The notes under the pieces are model-generated. The model searched no databases. It was not told the DNA's origin and was given only the letters and a program-made list of their open reading frames with translations. DNA of 64,000 bases from Ignavibacteria bacterium (GTDB taxonomy: Bacteria; Bacteroidota; Ignavibacteria; Palsa-1295), in contig JABDDM010000002.1 of NCBI GenBank assembly GCA_013287605.1, forward strand, positions 1,145 through 65,144. Reading direction: 5' to 3'. Positions 46,461 through 55,180 of the stretch are shown piece by piece. The position numbers were made by a program, and so were the translations under genes. How positions within the stretch are numbered: the stretch's first letter is position 1; each line of letters begins with the position of its first letter.

Positions 46461-48359
46461 ATGCCTGAATTTAGTCCGACTGAAGAGCAACGAAAAATTC
46501 TTGAGCACGATATGAGGCGTCATGCCAGGGTTAAAGCGGGCCCCGGCACAGGCAAAAGTGCTACGCTTGTTGCACTTCTCGACAAGTTGATCACTGAGGG
46601 CGCGACTGGAAGAATGAAGCTGTTGACATTCACTCGCGCTGCAACGGGCGAACTGCTTAAGAAGGTGTCGAGCCATCCCGCCGCCGCAGCTGAGCATCCG
46701 AGCACGATCCACTCCTTTGCAATATCAATCTTGCTTGCGAATCCTGGCGCTGGCAACTTCCCTGAGCCATTACGCATCGCGGATGACTGGGAATTTAACA
46801 ACGTGGTGCGACTAACACTCGCAAAGCGGCTTGGAATAAAGCAGAAACAACTCGACCGCCTAGTTAAAGAACTTGCCGCGAATTGGGAAGCGCTAAGGCC
46901 CCAAGATGATGCTGGCATCAGTGACGAGCTACGAAGCAGGTTTTTAGGAGCTTGGAATGAGCATCGCCTAATTTTTGGCTATGTGTTATTGCAAGAGTTG
47001 CCCTACGCCTTGAGGCACGCATTAGTAAATTATCCCGAGCTGCGAGGTATCGACTTCGATTTACTGATAGTCGATGAGTATCAAGACCTGAACTCATGTG
47101 ACCTCGATGTTATTCATTTGCTCTCACAACGAGGATGCTCGATTATTGGAGCAGGAGATGACGACCAATCGATATACCACTTTCGAAAAGCAGCGCCGGA
47201 AGGAATTCGAAGGTTTCTGACCGATTATCCTGGCGGAGAAGATTATGCGCTATCGATAACACAGCGTTGCGGAAGCCAAATCATTGAATGGGCCAACTAC
47301 GTTATCAGTGGTGATCCCGACCGGCCCCAACGAAATCCTCTCACTCCGGTTGCAGGATCACCGAGGGGGGAGTGCAAGCTTTTATCTTTTCGGAATCAGA
47401 GTGAAGAGATCGAGGGTGTAGCCGAACTCATCGAAAACCTTACTGAACAAGACGTAAAAGCATCTGACATCTTGGTCCTCCTCAGAAGTGATTATTACGG
47501 TATTTTTAGTAGACCTCTCAAAGGGGAGCTGAAGATAAGAAATATTCCGTGTTCTGAGGAAGACGCTGTTGAAAGGATGTTGCAAGAGCCCGACAATCGG
47601 CGCATTATGGAAGTTTTGAGGCTGGTTGAGAACGAAGAAGATTCCATCGCGTGGGCTTCACTTCTCAAGCTCAGCAAAAGAATTGGCATGTCATTTTTTG
47701 AGTATGTTTATGGTATCGCCAAGTCGAGGCGTGCGACTTTTGGAAAGACGCTCTTAGAGACCTACGGCTTTGGCTTCCCTGGAGCGCCATCCGCGTCGGC
47801 TTCGAAGGCAAAAGAATTTATCCGCCAAACGCTGAATTGGCTTAATACAAGAAGGGCTGACTTGCAGGAGCAAGAGCACTGGGGGGCGTCAATTTTGGAA
47901 CTCCCCGATGGGCTTGTGATCCCTCAGCCAAGCAAGGAATTTCAGGATTTGCTTCTCTCGCTCGATGAAATAGCAGACCCAGGCCAGAACTTGGGAAGGT
48001 ATTTGAGTCAGGTCATTCCTTTGGGAAAGGACATGATGCAGGCTACATGCGAAGGCGTGCGAATCATGAGCATGGGGGGCGCTAAGGGACTTACCGTCAG
48101 AGCCACGATAATGATGGCCTTAGAGGAAGGAATCGTACCTCGCCCAGAAGCCGATCTTGGGGAAGAGAGACGACTACTGTACGTTGCAATGACAAGGTCG
48201 AAGGAGTTCCTCTACGGAACATGGGCAAGAACGCGAACCGGCCCTACCGCGAGATCAGGGGAGGGCCAAGTTGGCGGCATACGTAACTACACACACTTTC
48301 TACAAGGCGGGCCTGTTGATTCAGAAGACGGGAAACGGTATCTCGCCACTCTGATTTAG
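46461..48359 (+). CDS. UvrD/Rep-family superfamily 1 DNA helicase (compact, 632 aa)
   Basis: Walker A (AGPGTGKSATL), motif II (LLIVDEYQDLN), motif III-like (IIGAGDDDQSIY), motif VI-like (LLYVAMTRSKEFLY). Lower GC than its surroundings. Confidence 0.8.
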   Translation: MPEFSPTEEQRKILEHDMRRHARVKAGPGTGKSATLVALLDKLITEGATGRMKLLTFTRAATGELLKKVSSHPAAAAEHPSTIHSFAISILLANPGAGNFPEPLRIADDWEFNNVVRLTLAKRLGIKQKQLDRLVKELAANWEALRPQDDAGISDELRSRFLGAWNEHRLIFGYVLLQELPYALRHALVNYPELRGIDFDLLIVDEYQDLNSCDLDVIHLLSQRGCSIIGAGDDDQSIYHFRKAAPEGIRRFLTDYPGGEDYALSITQRCGSQIIEWANYVISGDPDRPQRNPLTPVAGSPRGECKLLSFRNQSEEIEGVAELIENLTEQDVKASDILVLLRSDYYGIFSRPLKGELKIRNIPCSEEDAVERMLQEPDNRRIMEVLRLVENEEDSIAWASLLKLSKRIGMSFFEYVYGIAKSRRATFGKTLLETYGFGFPGAPSASASKAKEFIRQTLNWLNTRRADLQEQEHWGASILELPDGLVIPQPSKEFQDLLLSLDEIADPGQNLGRYLSQVIPLGKDMMQATCEGVRIMSMGGAKGLTVRATIMMALEEGIVPRPEADLGEERRLLYVAMTRSKEFLYGTWARTRTGPTARSGEGQVGGIRNYTHFLQGGPVDSEDGKRYLATLI

Positions 48360-48382
48360 TATTCATCCCGCACATTTCATCA

Positions 48383-50029
48383 ATGTCAACTCACAAGCAA
48401 CGAATGCGCAGGTTTGGCACCTTGGCTCCCCCTCCTAAAGGTACCAAAGAACGCGATGCGCTAATGAAAACAGTTGACGCTGCGCTCGCGATGGATCCTG
48501 AATTTAAGAAGATTCTCAAACGAAAACGTAAAGCGGCTTTCGGAAAATGGGAAATGCAGCTTGCAAACGGAGCTGGCTTGCAATTGGATGGGCATCTGAG
48601 ACACTTCTTAACGGAATTCAACCACAGAATGTCCGAATTCGGATTTGACTCAATGCCGGCTTCGTTTAATGTTCTAGAAGCCTTCTTTAAGTATGATGGC
48701 AACATCTTCTATTTCGAGTTGCTACCTGAAGTCGATCATTTGTTTTCATTTCTCGACTATTGCGACTATCTCACCTCGCCCGATAACAACATTGAAGTTG
48801 CCTCGAGCCTGGAATATTTTGCAGAAGGAATGATCTACTCGTTCAATATCCTGAACGATCCTAAAGACATTCAATTCTCGACCTCTTCGAAAAAGTCTTT
48901 CGCCGTGGGCGGTGTATCCATGATTCGGCGTGGAAGCGAGGTATCAATTCTCCTTCTGGGAGGGGAAAAGATAGACACGACAAACGACCCAGCAGAACTT
49001 CTTGATCCAGATTTGGGGGATGTGAAAGTCACACCGGGACACGAGGAGATCAAGCCCTCACCCGACCGTATACGAGAGACAGTGAAGCTTCTTAATCAGG
49101 ATGAGTTTTGGCAGTGTCTCATCCTAGTCAGGCTCGATATTAATACGATGACCATTGATTCACGGTATGTATTGCATGACCAAGGGGATGCGTTTCAGAT
49201 TACCACTGATGACATCTCTTCTTTCTCTCACGAGATCGGTAAAGATGGTCTGTTTAAGACCCCTTCTGTAAAGGAACTGTACGAGAAATTCTCAGAAAGA
49301 ACGATTGGCTATGACGCGCTTTTTCAGGTAGCAGCAAGCTCGATACATCTTTTAAGGTATTTTGTGGACTATAATGAGTCACTCACCTACGAGCAGCATG
49401 TGACGTCGTACGGAGACTCCAAACCAAAGCCTGAGATATACCGTCAAGACCGCGTTGACCCAATGCTCAAGATCAGAGAGAGAACTGTAGCTGTAATGGA
49501 GCGACGCAACGTGTTTGCCTCTGATAGTACGATCTTTGCAACTAATGATTTCAAGATTGAAAGGTCTGGCTATTGGAAAAAACTATCTTATAATGCGATT
49601 GGTAAGGATAAGCATGGCAAAAGCATTCACGGACGTACCTGGGTAGAAAGCACAATGACTTGGAATGAGTCGCCGCCTAGTCCACTTCGCATTTACACGA
49701 ATTTGAATCAACCAATTTCCAGTGGCCAATCAGGTATCATCTATGTTATGCGCAACGCGTCGCATGGGAAAAACATCTTCAAAGTGGGTATGACCACCCG
49801 CGATCCAGAAACGAGGGCCTTAGAATTGTCTTCCACGACAGGTTCACCCGATAGATTCCTTGTTGCTCAAGAATGGGATGTACAGGATTGCGTGATCGCG
49901 GAGAAGCGTATTCACAAAGAGCTTGATGCTTATAGAATTAATACCAACCGTGAGTTTTTCAAGATCGAATACAATGCGCTTATAAAAATCATTGAGAAGT
50001 GCGTTTTTGAAATCAATCGCCTAGATTAA
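48383..50029 (+). CDS. protein with an unassigned roughly 430 aa N-terminal region and a C-terminal T5orf172/MUG113 (GIY-YIG-like) domain
   Basis: The C-terminus GIIYVMRNASHGKNIFKVGMTTRDPETRALELSSTTGSPDRFLVAQEWDVQDCVIAEKRIHKELDAYRINTNREFFKIEY matches the T5orf172 pattern (YVM…KIGxT…RxxEL…P…EFF). It lies 24 nt downstream of the helicase on the same strand. Confidence 0.65.
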   Translation: MSTHKQRMRRFGTLAPPPKGTKERDALMKTVDAALAMDPEFKKILKRKRKAAFGKWEMQLANGAGLQLDGHLRHFLTEFNHRMSEFGFDSMPASFNVLEAFFKYDGNIFYFELLPEVDHLFSFLDYCDYLTSPDNNIEVASSLEYFAEGMIYSFNILNDPKDIQFSTSSKKSFAVGGVSMIRRGSEVSILLLGGEKIDTTNDPAELLDPDLGDVKVTPGHEEIKPSPDRIRETVKLLNQDEFWQCLILVRLDINTMTIDSRYVLHDQGDAFQITTDDISSFSHEIGKDGLFKTPSVKELYEKFSERTIGYDALFQVAASSIHLLRYFVDYNESLTYEQHVTSYGDSKPKPEIYRQDRVDPMLKIRERTVAVMERRNVFASDSTIFATNDFKIERSGYWKKLSYNAIGKDKHGKSIHGRTWVESTMTWNESPPSPLRIYTNLNQPISSGQSGIIYVMRNASHGKNIFKVGMTTRDPETRALELSSTTGSPDRFLVAQEWDVQDCVIAEKRIHKELDAYRINTNREFFKIEYNALIKIIEKCVFEINRLD

Positions 50030-50174
50030 AGCACCTCTTTTCCGTGGTTGTGGAACTCCTGAGCCCGTTGAATGGACTCGAGCTTAACGAGATCCAATTA
50101 ATTTTGCAACGTCAGTAGTGCGCCTGCTTAACCGTTGCCCTTACATAGGTGTCCCCTCTTGCGCTGAGGCCCCC

Positions 50175-51134
50175 CTACTCCTCTACATCCTCCGAATAAA
50201 CATCATCTGGTGTCACCTCGGTGGGTGGGACGAGGATGCGGAGGAAGCGTTTGAAGGCGCGCTGGCCTACGAGGTCGTGTGATTCGCCGAAGACCATGAT
50301 GAGGTTGCGGATCATGCGGAGAATGATCGTGCGGTCTTCTGCAGGGTCGAGGAAGGCGTCGTTATATTTTAACTTGGATGCATCCAGAAAGCGTTTGATG
50401 TCACGCTTTCGTAGCACGACACCCCCATTAAATGCGTCTACGAACAGCGGCTCTTCGATGGCGCCATCATAGCGAATGAGGAAATGTCCGGGTGCGCTTG
50501 AACCTGAGAACGGAAGGCCGACGCGCATTTTTGCGATCAGGAGATATGCAACTGCGAGCGAAATCGGGATGCCCATCTTGCGATCGATCACGCGATTCAA
50601 ATAGCTGTTGTCGGGTTCGAGGAACGCGCCCTGGTTGCCGCGAAACTTTTGTTTTTCGAAAAAGAAATCGTTGGTGATCGCAAGTATCTCAAGCGGTGAG
50701 TGAACTCCGGCGATTCGGTCGCGGAGCATTCCGGCCAGCGCCGAAAGTTCGATTCGATAATGCTCGATGTTGAGCCGTGGGTAACCGTAGCGTGCTACGA
50801 GGAACGCCCCATCTTCGAGCGCTCGTGGGTCACCCCATTCGAGCCGCTTATTGAGCACACAAAATTCTTTCGCAAGCCGCTCTTCGTTCAACTCCCGGAC
50901 AAGCATCGAAGCCCGATCGCCCGCGAGTTCGTCATCGGTGAGATCGACAAAATCGAGAAGTTCACCCAGGATCGCATCGCCCTTGCTTCGGAGCCGTTCG
51001 ATCACTGTTTCTGAAATGCGTGTGTCGGGGTCGTCGAGCAGGCTGAATAACGGCTGTAGCTCCCTGTCGAGTGTCGGAGCGTCGACCTCGAGTTTGGTGA
51101 GTGTATGAACCGGATCCTGTCGCGACAAAGCCAT
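50175..51134 (-). CDS. transglutaminase-like/SirB1 (UPF0162) family protein
   Basis: …RKMGIPISLAVAYLLIAKMRVGLPFSGSSAPGHFLIRY… is the hallmark of the SirB1 N-terminal transglutaminase-like family. Start chosen at the internal ATG (MALSRQDP). Confidence 0.6.
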   Translation of the reverse strand: MALSRQDPVHTLTKLEVDAPTLDRELQPLFSLLDDPDTRISETVIERLRSKGDAILGELLDFVDLTDDELAGDRASMLVRELNEERLAKEFCVLNKRLEWGDPRALEDGAFLVARYGYPRLNIEHYRIELSALAGMLRDRIAGVHSPLEILAITNDFFFEKQKFRGNQGAFLEPDNSYLNRVIDRKMGIPISLAVAYLLIAKMRVGLPFSGSSAPGHFLIRYDGAIEEPLFVDAFNGGVVLRKRDIKRFLDASKLKYNDAFLDPAEDRTIILRMIRNLIMVFGESHDLVGQRAFKRFLRILVPPTEVTPDDVYSEDVEE

Positions 51135-51212
51135 AGTGTGTGGGACATGAGAGCGCAACGACTCAACACCCGCGAGGCAGAAATACAATCCTGCTCCCGT
51201 ACTAAAATATTT

Positions 51213-52199
51213 TTACGCCAGCGGATCGCTATTCATGAAGCTTTCCTCGCCTTCGTCCAGACGCGTTAGTTCGGCGGAGAGATATTCGAAGGCTTCCTGT
51301 GGCGAATCGGAAAAGTGGATCAGGTTAAGATCCTGCCGAGAGATCATGCCGTAATATTCGAGCATTTCCAGATCGATGATCTTTTGCCAAAAGCTTGAGC
51401 CATACACGACGATCGGCATTTTCTTTCTGATCTTACCCGTCTGAATGAGCGTCAGACATTCGAAGAGCTCGTCCATCGTGCCGAAACCACCGGGAAAAAT
51501 CACAAGCGCTTTTCCCAGATACGCAAACCAGAATTTGCGCATGAAGAAGTAGTGGAATTCGAAATTTAGTTCGTCGGTGATAAACGAGTTCGGCATTTGC
51601 TCGAACGGAAGTGCGATGTTAAAGCCGATCGTCTTTCCACCCGCAAGCGAAGCCCCGCGATTTGCGGCTTCCATAATGCCGGGTCCACCGCCAGAACAGA
51701 TCACATAGCGCTGACGGAATGAGTGCGTCTTGATCGACTCCACATTCACGTATGGGATCTGCTCGCGTATCTGCGCCGCTGCAACCTGACCCTTTGCGAT
51801 CTGCGCTTTCTCATAGTTCTGCGCCGCCTGCGTGATCGACCACTCGGTCAGCAGCCGTGCGAGCTCGGTAGCTTCCTCGTAATACCGCGCGAGCTCTTTG
51901 TGCATTTGTGCTCTGCGAAGTGCTTCCTCTAATTCGGATACGACTTCCTTCGAAAGCGAATTCGTTTGCTCTGCAAGCACTTTCGCATTTTTTAGCTGGC
52001 GAAGTTCTGCTTCGGCTTCTTCCGGTGAATGAATTCGTGCACTGCCGAAGAAGACGATCGTGTCCTTGACACGTGCATGAGCAAGCCGCGAGCGCGGCTC
52101 GACGTATTCACTCAGGATTCGAACGATGCGTGCTTCAGGACTTGTGAGAAATTTTTCGTTGAGGTACGCCTTGAGTGCGCGTTGTTTGACTGATGGCAA
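51213..52199 (-). CDS. LOG-family protein (TIGR00730 Rossmann-fold; cytokinin riboside 5'-monophosphate phosphoribohydrolase-like) with an N-terminal extension of about 150 aa
   Basis: …ICSGGGPGIMEAANRGA…PGGFGTMDELFE… LOG-family motifs (GGGxGxMG, PGGxGTxxE). Confidence 0.8.
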   Translation of the reverse strand: MPSVKQRALKAYLNEKFLTSPEARIVRILSEYVEPRSRLAHARVKDTIVFFGSARIHSPEEAEAELRQLKNAKVLAEQTNSLSKEVVSELEEALRRAQMHKELARYYEEATELARLLTEWSITQAAQNYEKAQIAKGQVAAAQIREQIPYVNVESIKTHSFRQRYVICSGGGPGIMEAANRGASLAGGKTIGFNIALPFEQMPNSFITDELNFEFHYFFMRKFWFAYLGKALVIFPGGFGTMDELFECLTLIQTGKIRKKMPIVVYGSSFWQKIIDLEMLEYYGMISRQDLNLIHFSDSPQEAFEYLSAELTRLDEGEESFMNSDPLA

Positions 52200-52226
52200 T
52201 GGAGTTGGTGTTTTTGGTGATTGATG

Positions 52227-52958
52227 TTAACTCATGACGGACCGACCGCCGTCCACAATGATTGTTTGTCCGGTGATGTATGGTGCATCGAATGCGAGGA
52301 ACTGGACGACACGAGCAATATCATGTACGGTGCCATATCGCTTCATCGGGATACGCTCGCGAGCGATCCCCATCCGTTCTTCACTTTCGTCTTCAAGCTG
52401 GATCGCGCCCGGCGCGACGGCATTGACCGTAATACACTGCTCGGCGAGTTCGCGTGCTAAAGTTTTTGTCAGTGTGATCAACGCCGATTTCGACACATTG
52501 TAATCGATCCGTTCTTTCCAGATCTGCACTCCGCCAAGCGATGCAAGATTTACGATCGCGCTCCCGGAGTTCATTTGCTTTGCAGCCGCTCGTACCATTG
52601 CGAATGGGGCAACGAGATTTAGCTCCAAGGCTTCACGAAGGTCATTTGGCTCCAGGTTGTCCAACTTCCTTCTTGCAGGAAGGACTCCTGAATTATTGAT
52701 CAATACGTCGATGCCGCCGGCCAGTTTAACAAATCGCTCAACGATTGCATCTGCCTCCGACCGAACGTCGCCTTGCAATAAATGCGCTGCTTCCGCACCG
52801 GCCTGCAAGCATCGCTCGGCAAACGCCTTTGCCTCGTCAGCAGGTGTACGGTAATAATTGAGCCCGAGCACGACGCCCTTCTCGGCCAATTCCAACGCAA
52901 TACCGCCGCCCAATCGGTGGACGCCTCCAGTGATCAGCACGCGGGAGGATTTTATCAT
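52227..52958 (-). CDS. SDR-family oxidoreductase
   Basis: VLITGGVHRLGGGIALEL, NNSG, S…Y…K triad spacing. Confidence 0.8.
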   Translation of the reverse strand: MIKSSRVLITGGVHRLGGGIALELAEKGVVLGLNYYRTPADEAKAFAERCLQAGAEAAHLLQGDVRSEADAIVERFVKLAGGIDVLINNSGVLPARRKLDNLEPNDLREALELNLVAPFAMVRAAAKQMNSGSAIVNLASLGGVQIWKERIDYNVSKSALITLTKTLARELAEQCITVNAVAPGAIQLEDESEERMGIARERIPMKRYGTVHDIARVVQFLAFDAPYITGQTIIVDGGRSVMS

Positions 52959-52961
52959 CAG

Positions 52962-54092
52962 TTAGCTCGCCCGTTTGGTAATATCGAGCATACGCTGGAG
53001 CGCAACATTTGCCCATTTTGCAGTTTCTGCTGGCACCGATATCTGGTTCTTGATTTCGCCTTGTTTTAGGTGTTCGAGAATGTCCAGCAACGCCTCGGGT
53101 GAGATGCGATACATGGTTGCGCACTCGCAGGCGTAAGGTGCGAGCGTCGTGACGAATTGATCGGGATGATCGTGTTTGAGTCGATTGACCAGATGATGCT
53201 CGGTGCCAATCGCCCATAAGCTGCCCGCCGGTGCTTCTTCGACCGTCTTCATGATAAACGCGGTCGAACCAACTTTGTCAGAATTTTTCACTACTTCGAA
53301 ATTGCATTCGGGATGGACCATGATCTGAATGCCGGGATAAAGCGCTCGCATGATATTGGGATGCGAAGCCTGAAAATGCTGGTGCACCGAGCAGTGACCA
53401 CGCCAAAGCAACACGCGTGCACTTGTCAGCTCTTCATCGTGAAGTCCGCCACCGGGCTGTGTTTGATCAAAGAGCGAAATGTCGTGGAGTGGAATGCCTA
53501 ACTGGAAGTGAGCAGTGTTACGTCCGAGATGTTGATCGGGAAAGAAAAAGATCTTTTCAAAGCCGTTGTTGAATGCCCACTCGAATATTGCCTTGTTATT
53601 CGAACTTGTTGAGACAGCGCCGCCATGTTCGCCACAAAATGCTTTGATCGCAGCACTCGAGTTCATGTAGGTGATCGGGCAGACCTTCGTTGTATCGATC
53701 ACATTGTCCAAATAATCCCATGCATCGAGCACTTGATCCAGACGTGCCATGTCGCTCATCGAACAGCCGGCTTTGAGGTCGGGAAGGATGACTTTCTGGT
53801 CTGGGCCAGAGACGATATCCGCCGTCTCGGCCATGAAGTGCACGCCGCAGAATATGATGAACTCGCGGTCTTTGAGATTCGCGGCATAACGTGCGAGTTC
53901 GAACGAATCGCCAGTGCGATCGGCAAACTGCACGATGTCATCACGCTGATAATGATGGCCGAGAATGACGACTCTGTCGCGAAGCTCTTCTTTCAGAGCG
54001 TGGATGCGCGCGACGATATCAGGCGAGGTCGTCTCGGCTATGAGCACTTCCTCTTGTGGTGCAAGAACGGTGAGATCGAGAACTTCTGCCAT
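52962..54092 (-). CDS. nadA: quinolinate synthase A
   Basis: …ILGHHYQRDDIVQFAD…, …AGCSMSDMA…, …CECATM… Cys ligands of the [4Fe-4S] cluster. Confidence 0.9.
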   Translation of the reverse strand: MAEVLDLTVLAPQEEVLIAETTSPDIVARIHALKEELRDRVVILGHHYQRDDIVQFADRTGDSFELARYAANLKDREFIIFCGVHFMAETADIVSGPDQKVILPDLKAGCSMSDMARLDQVLDAWDYLDNVIDTTKVCPITYMNSSAAIKAFCGEHGGAVSTSSNNKAIFEWAFNNGFEKIFFFPDQHLGRNTAHFQLGIPLHDISLFDQTQPGGGLHDEELTSARVLLWRGHCSVHQHFQASHPNIMRALYPGIQIMVHPECNFEVVKNSDKVGSTAFIMKTVEEAPAGSLWAIGTEHHLVNRLKHDHPDQFVTTLAPYACECATMYRISPEALLDILEHLKQGEIKNQISVPAETAKWANVALQRMLDITKRAS

Positions 54093-54095
54093 GTG

Positions 54096-55109
54096 CTAGA
54101 CCAACTCCATTTCAAATGGAAGCTTTTGCATTGTTACGGCGAGCTTCTTCTCTTCCACAACAAGTTGAAGTTCCGAACCCGCGTTGGCCATTGTCGTCCG
54201 GATGTAGGCCAGGCCGATCATCCGTTCGATGCCTGGAGAAAAAGCGATGCTCGTGAGTTCACCGGCTTCGTCTCCACCTGCGGTAAATAATTTGGATGGA
54301 GTGACGACATTCGATGCATCTTCAGCAAGGATGATCCCCATGAGATGCCGCTGTACTTTGTCGTAACTATCAAGCCTAGCGATGACTTCCTGTCCGATAT
54401 AGCAACCCTTCGTAAAACTAATTGCCGAGACAAGCCCAGCTTCGAGCGGATTGTGCTTCTCATTTAATTCATTCGGCACAACCGGAATACCTGATTCGAT
54501 TCTCAGTACGTCGAACATTTCATCATCGAGAACGCTGCCGCCTAACGCCAGCACTTCAGCGTCCAGCGCGTTTCGCACCGCGTCTGCATTTGCACGATCT
54601 ACAAGAATCACCCATCCGCTCTCGGCGATGCGAACGCCCTTCTGCATTTGAATCGGAGCGCCCGCAAAGGTCGCATTCATTGCGCTGAAGCGTTCAATGG
54701 TTGACGGATCAACCCCAAGGAGATCTTTCACGAATTGATACGCGGCGCGACCGATGAGTAAGTATTGATCGATCTCGTCCGTTGCGCGAGTAAATCGCGC
54801 ATCGTCCATGATGGTAAACTTATCGAGCCAGGCGATGAGCGGTTCTTCGCGGTCTTTACTTGTCATGAGGAGCACATCCTCACCCCGATTGAGTACGGTT
54901 ACGAAGTCGAGTATGCGACCCTTTTCAGTCGTCAGGACCGTCTGTGCGCCGCGCATTTTCTGTTCGACCGGCTTTAGATCATTCGTCGACATCCGATGCA
55001 AAAGGTCAACGACATCTTTCCCGTGGCCGATCACACGTCCTGACCGCAAGGTCTGATCGTAAAGCCCAATGACATTCCGTGCTTTGGAGTATTCGTCTCT
55101 GTTTACCAT
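54096..55109 (-). CDS. ygfZ: folate-binding YgfZ/GcvT-family protein
   Basis: The C-terminal KGCYIGQE motif is diagnostic for the YgfZ family. GcvT-like fold. Confidence 0.8.
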   Translation of the reverse strand: MVNRDEYSKARNVIGLYDQTLRSGRVIGHGKDVVDLLHRMSTNDLKPVEQKMRGAQTVLTTEKGRILDFVTVLNRGEDVLLMTSKDREEPLIAWLDKFTIMDDARFTRATDEIDQYLLIGRAAYQFVKDLLGVDPSTIERFSAMNATFAGAPIQMQKGVRIAESGWVILVDRANADAVRNALDAEVLALGGSVLDDEMFDVLRIESGIPVVPNELNEKHNPLEAGLVSAISFTKGCYIGQEVIARLDSYDKVQRHLMGIILAEDASNVVTPSKLFTAGGDEAGELTSIAFSPGIERMIGLAYIRTTMANAGSELQLVVEEKKLAVTMQKLPFEMELV

Positions 55110-55180
55110 AGCAATATCTCTTCCAGATTAGTAGAACACGTTTCGGGCAGGTATGAATTCGAGGGAGATATGATGGCATT

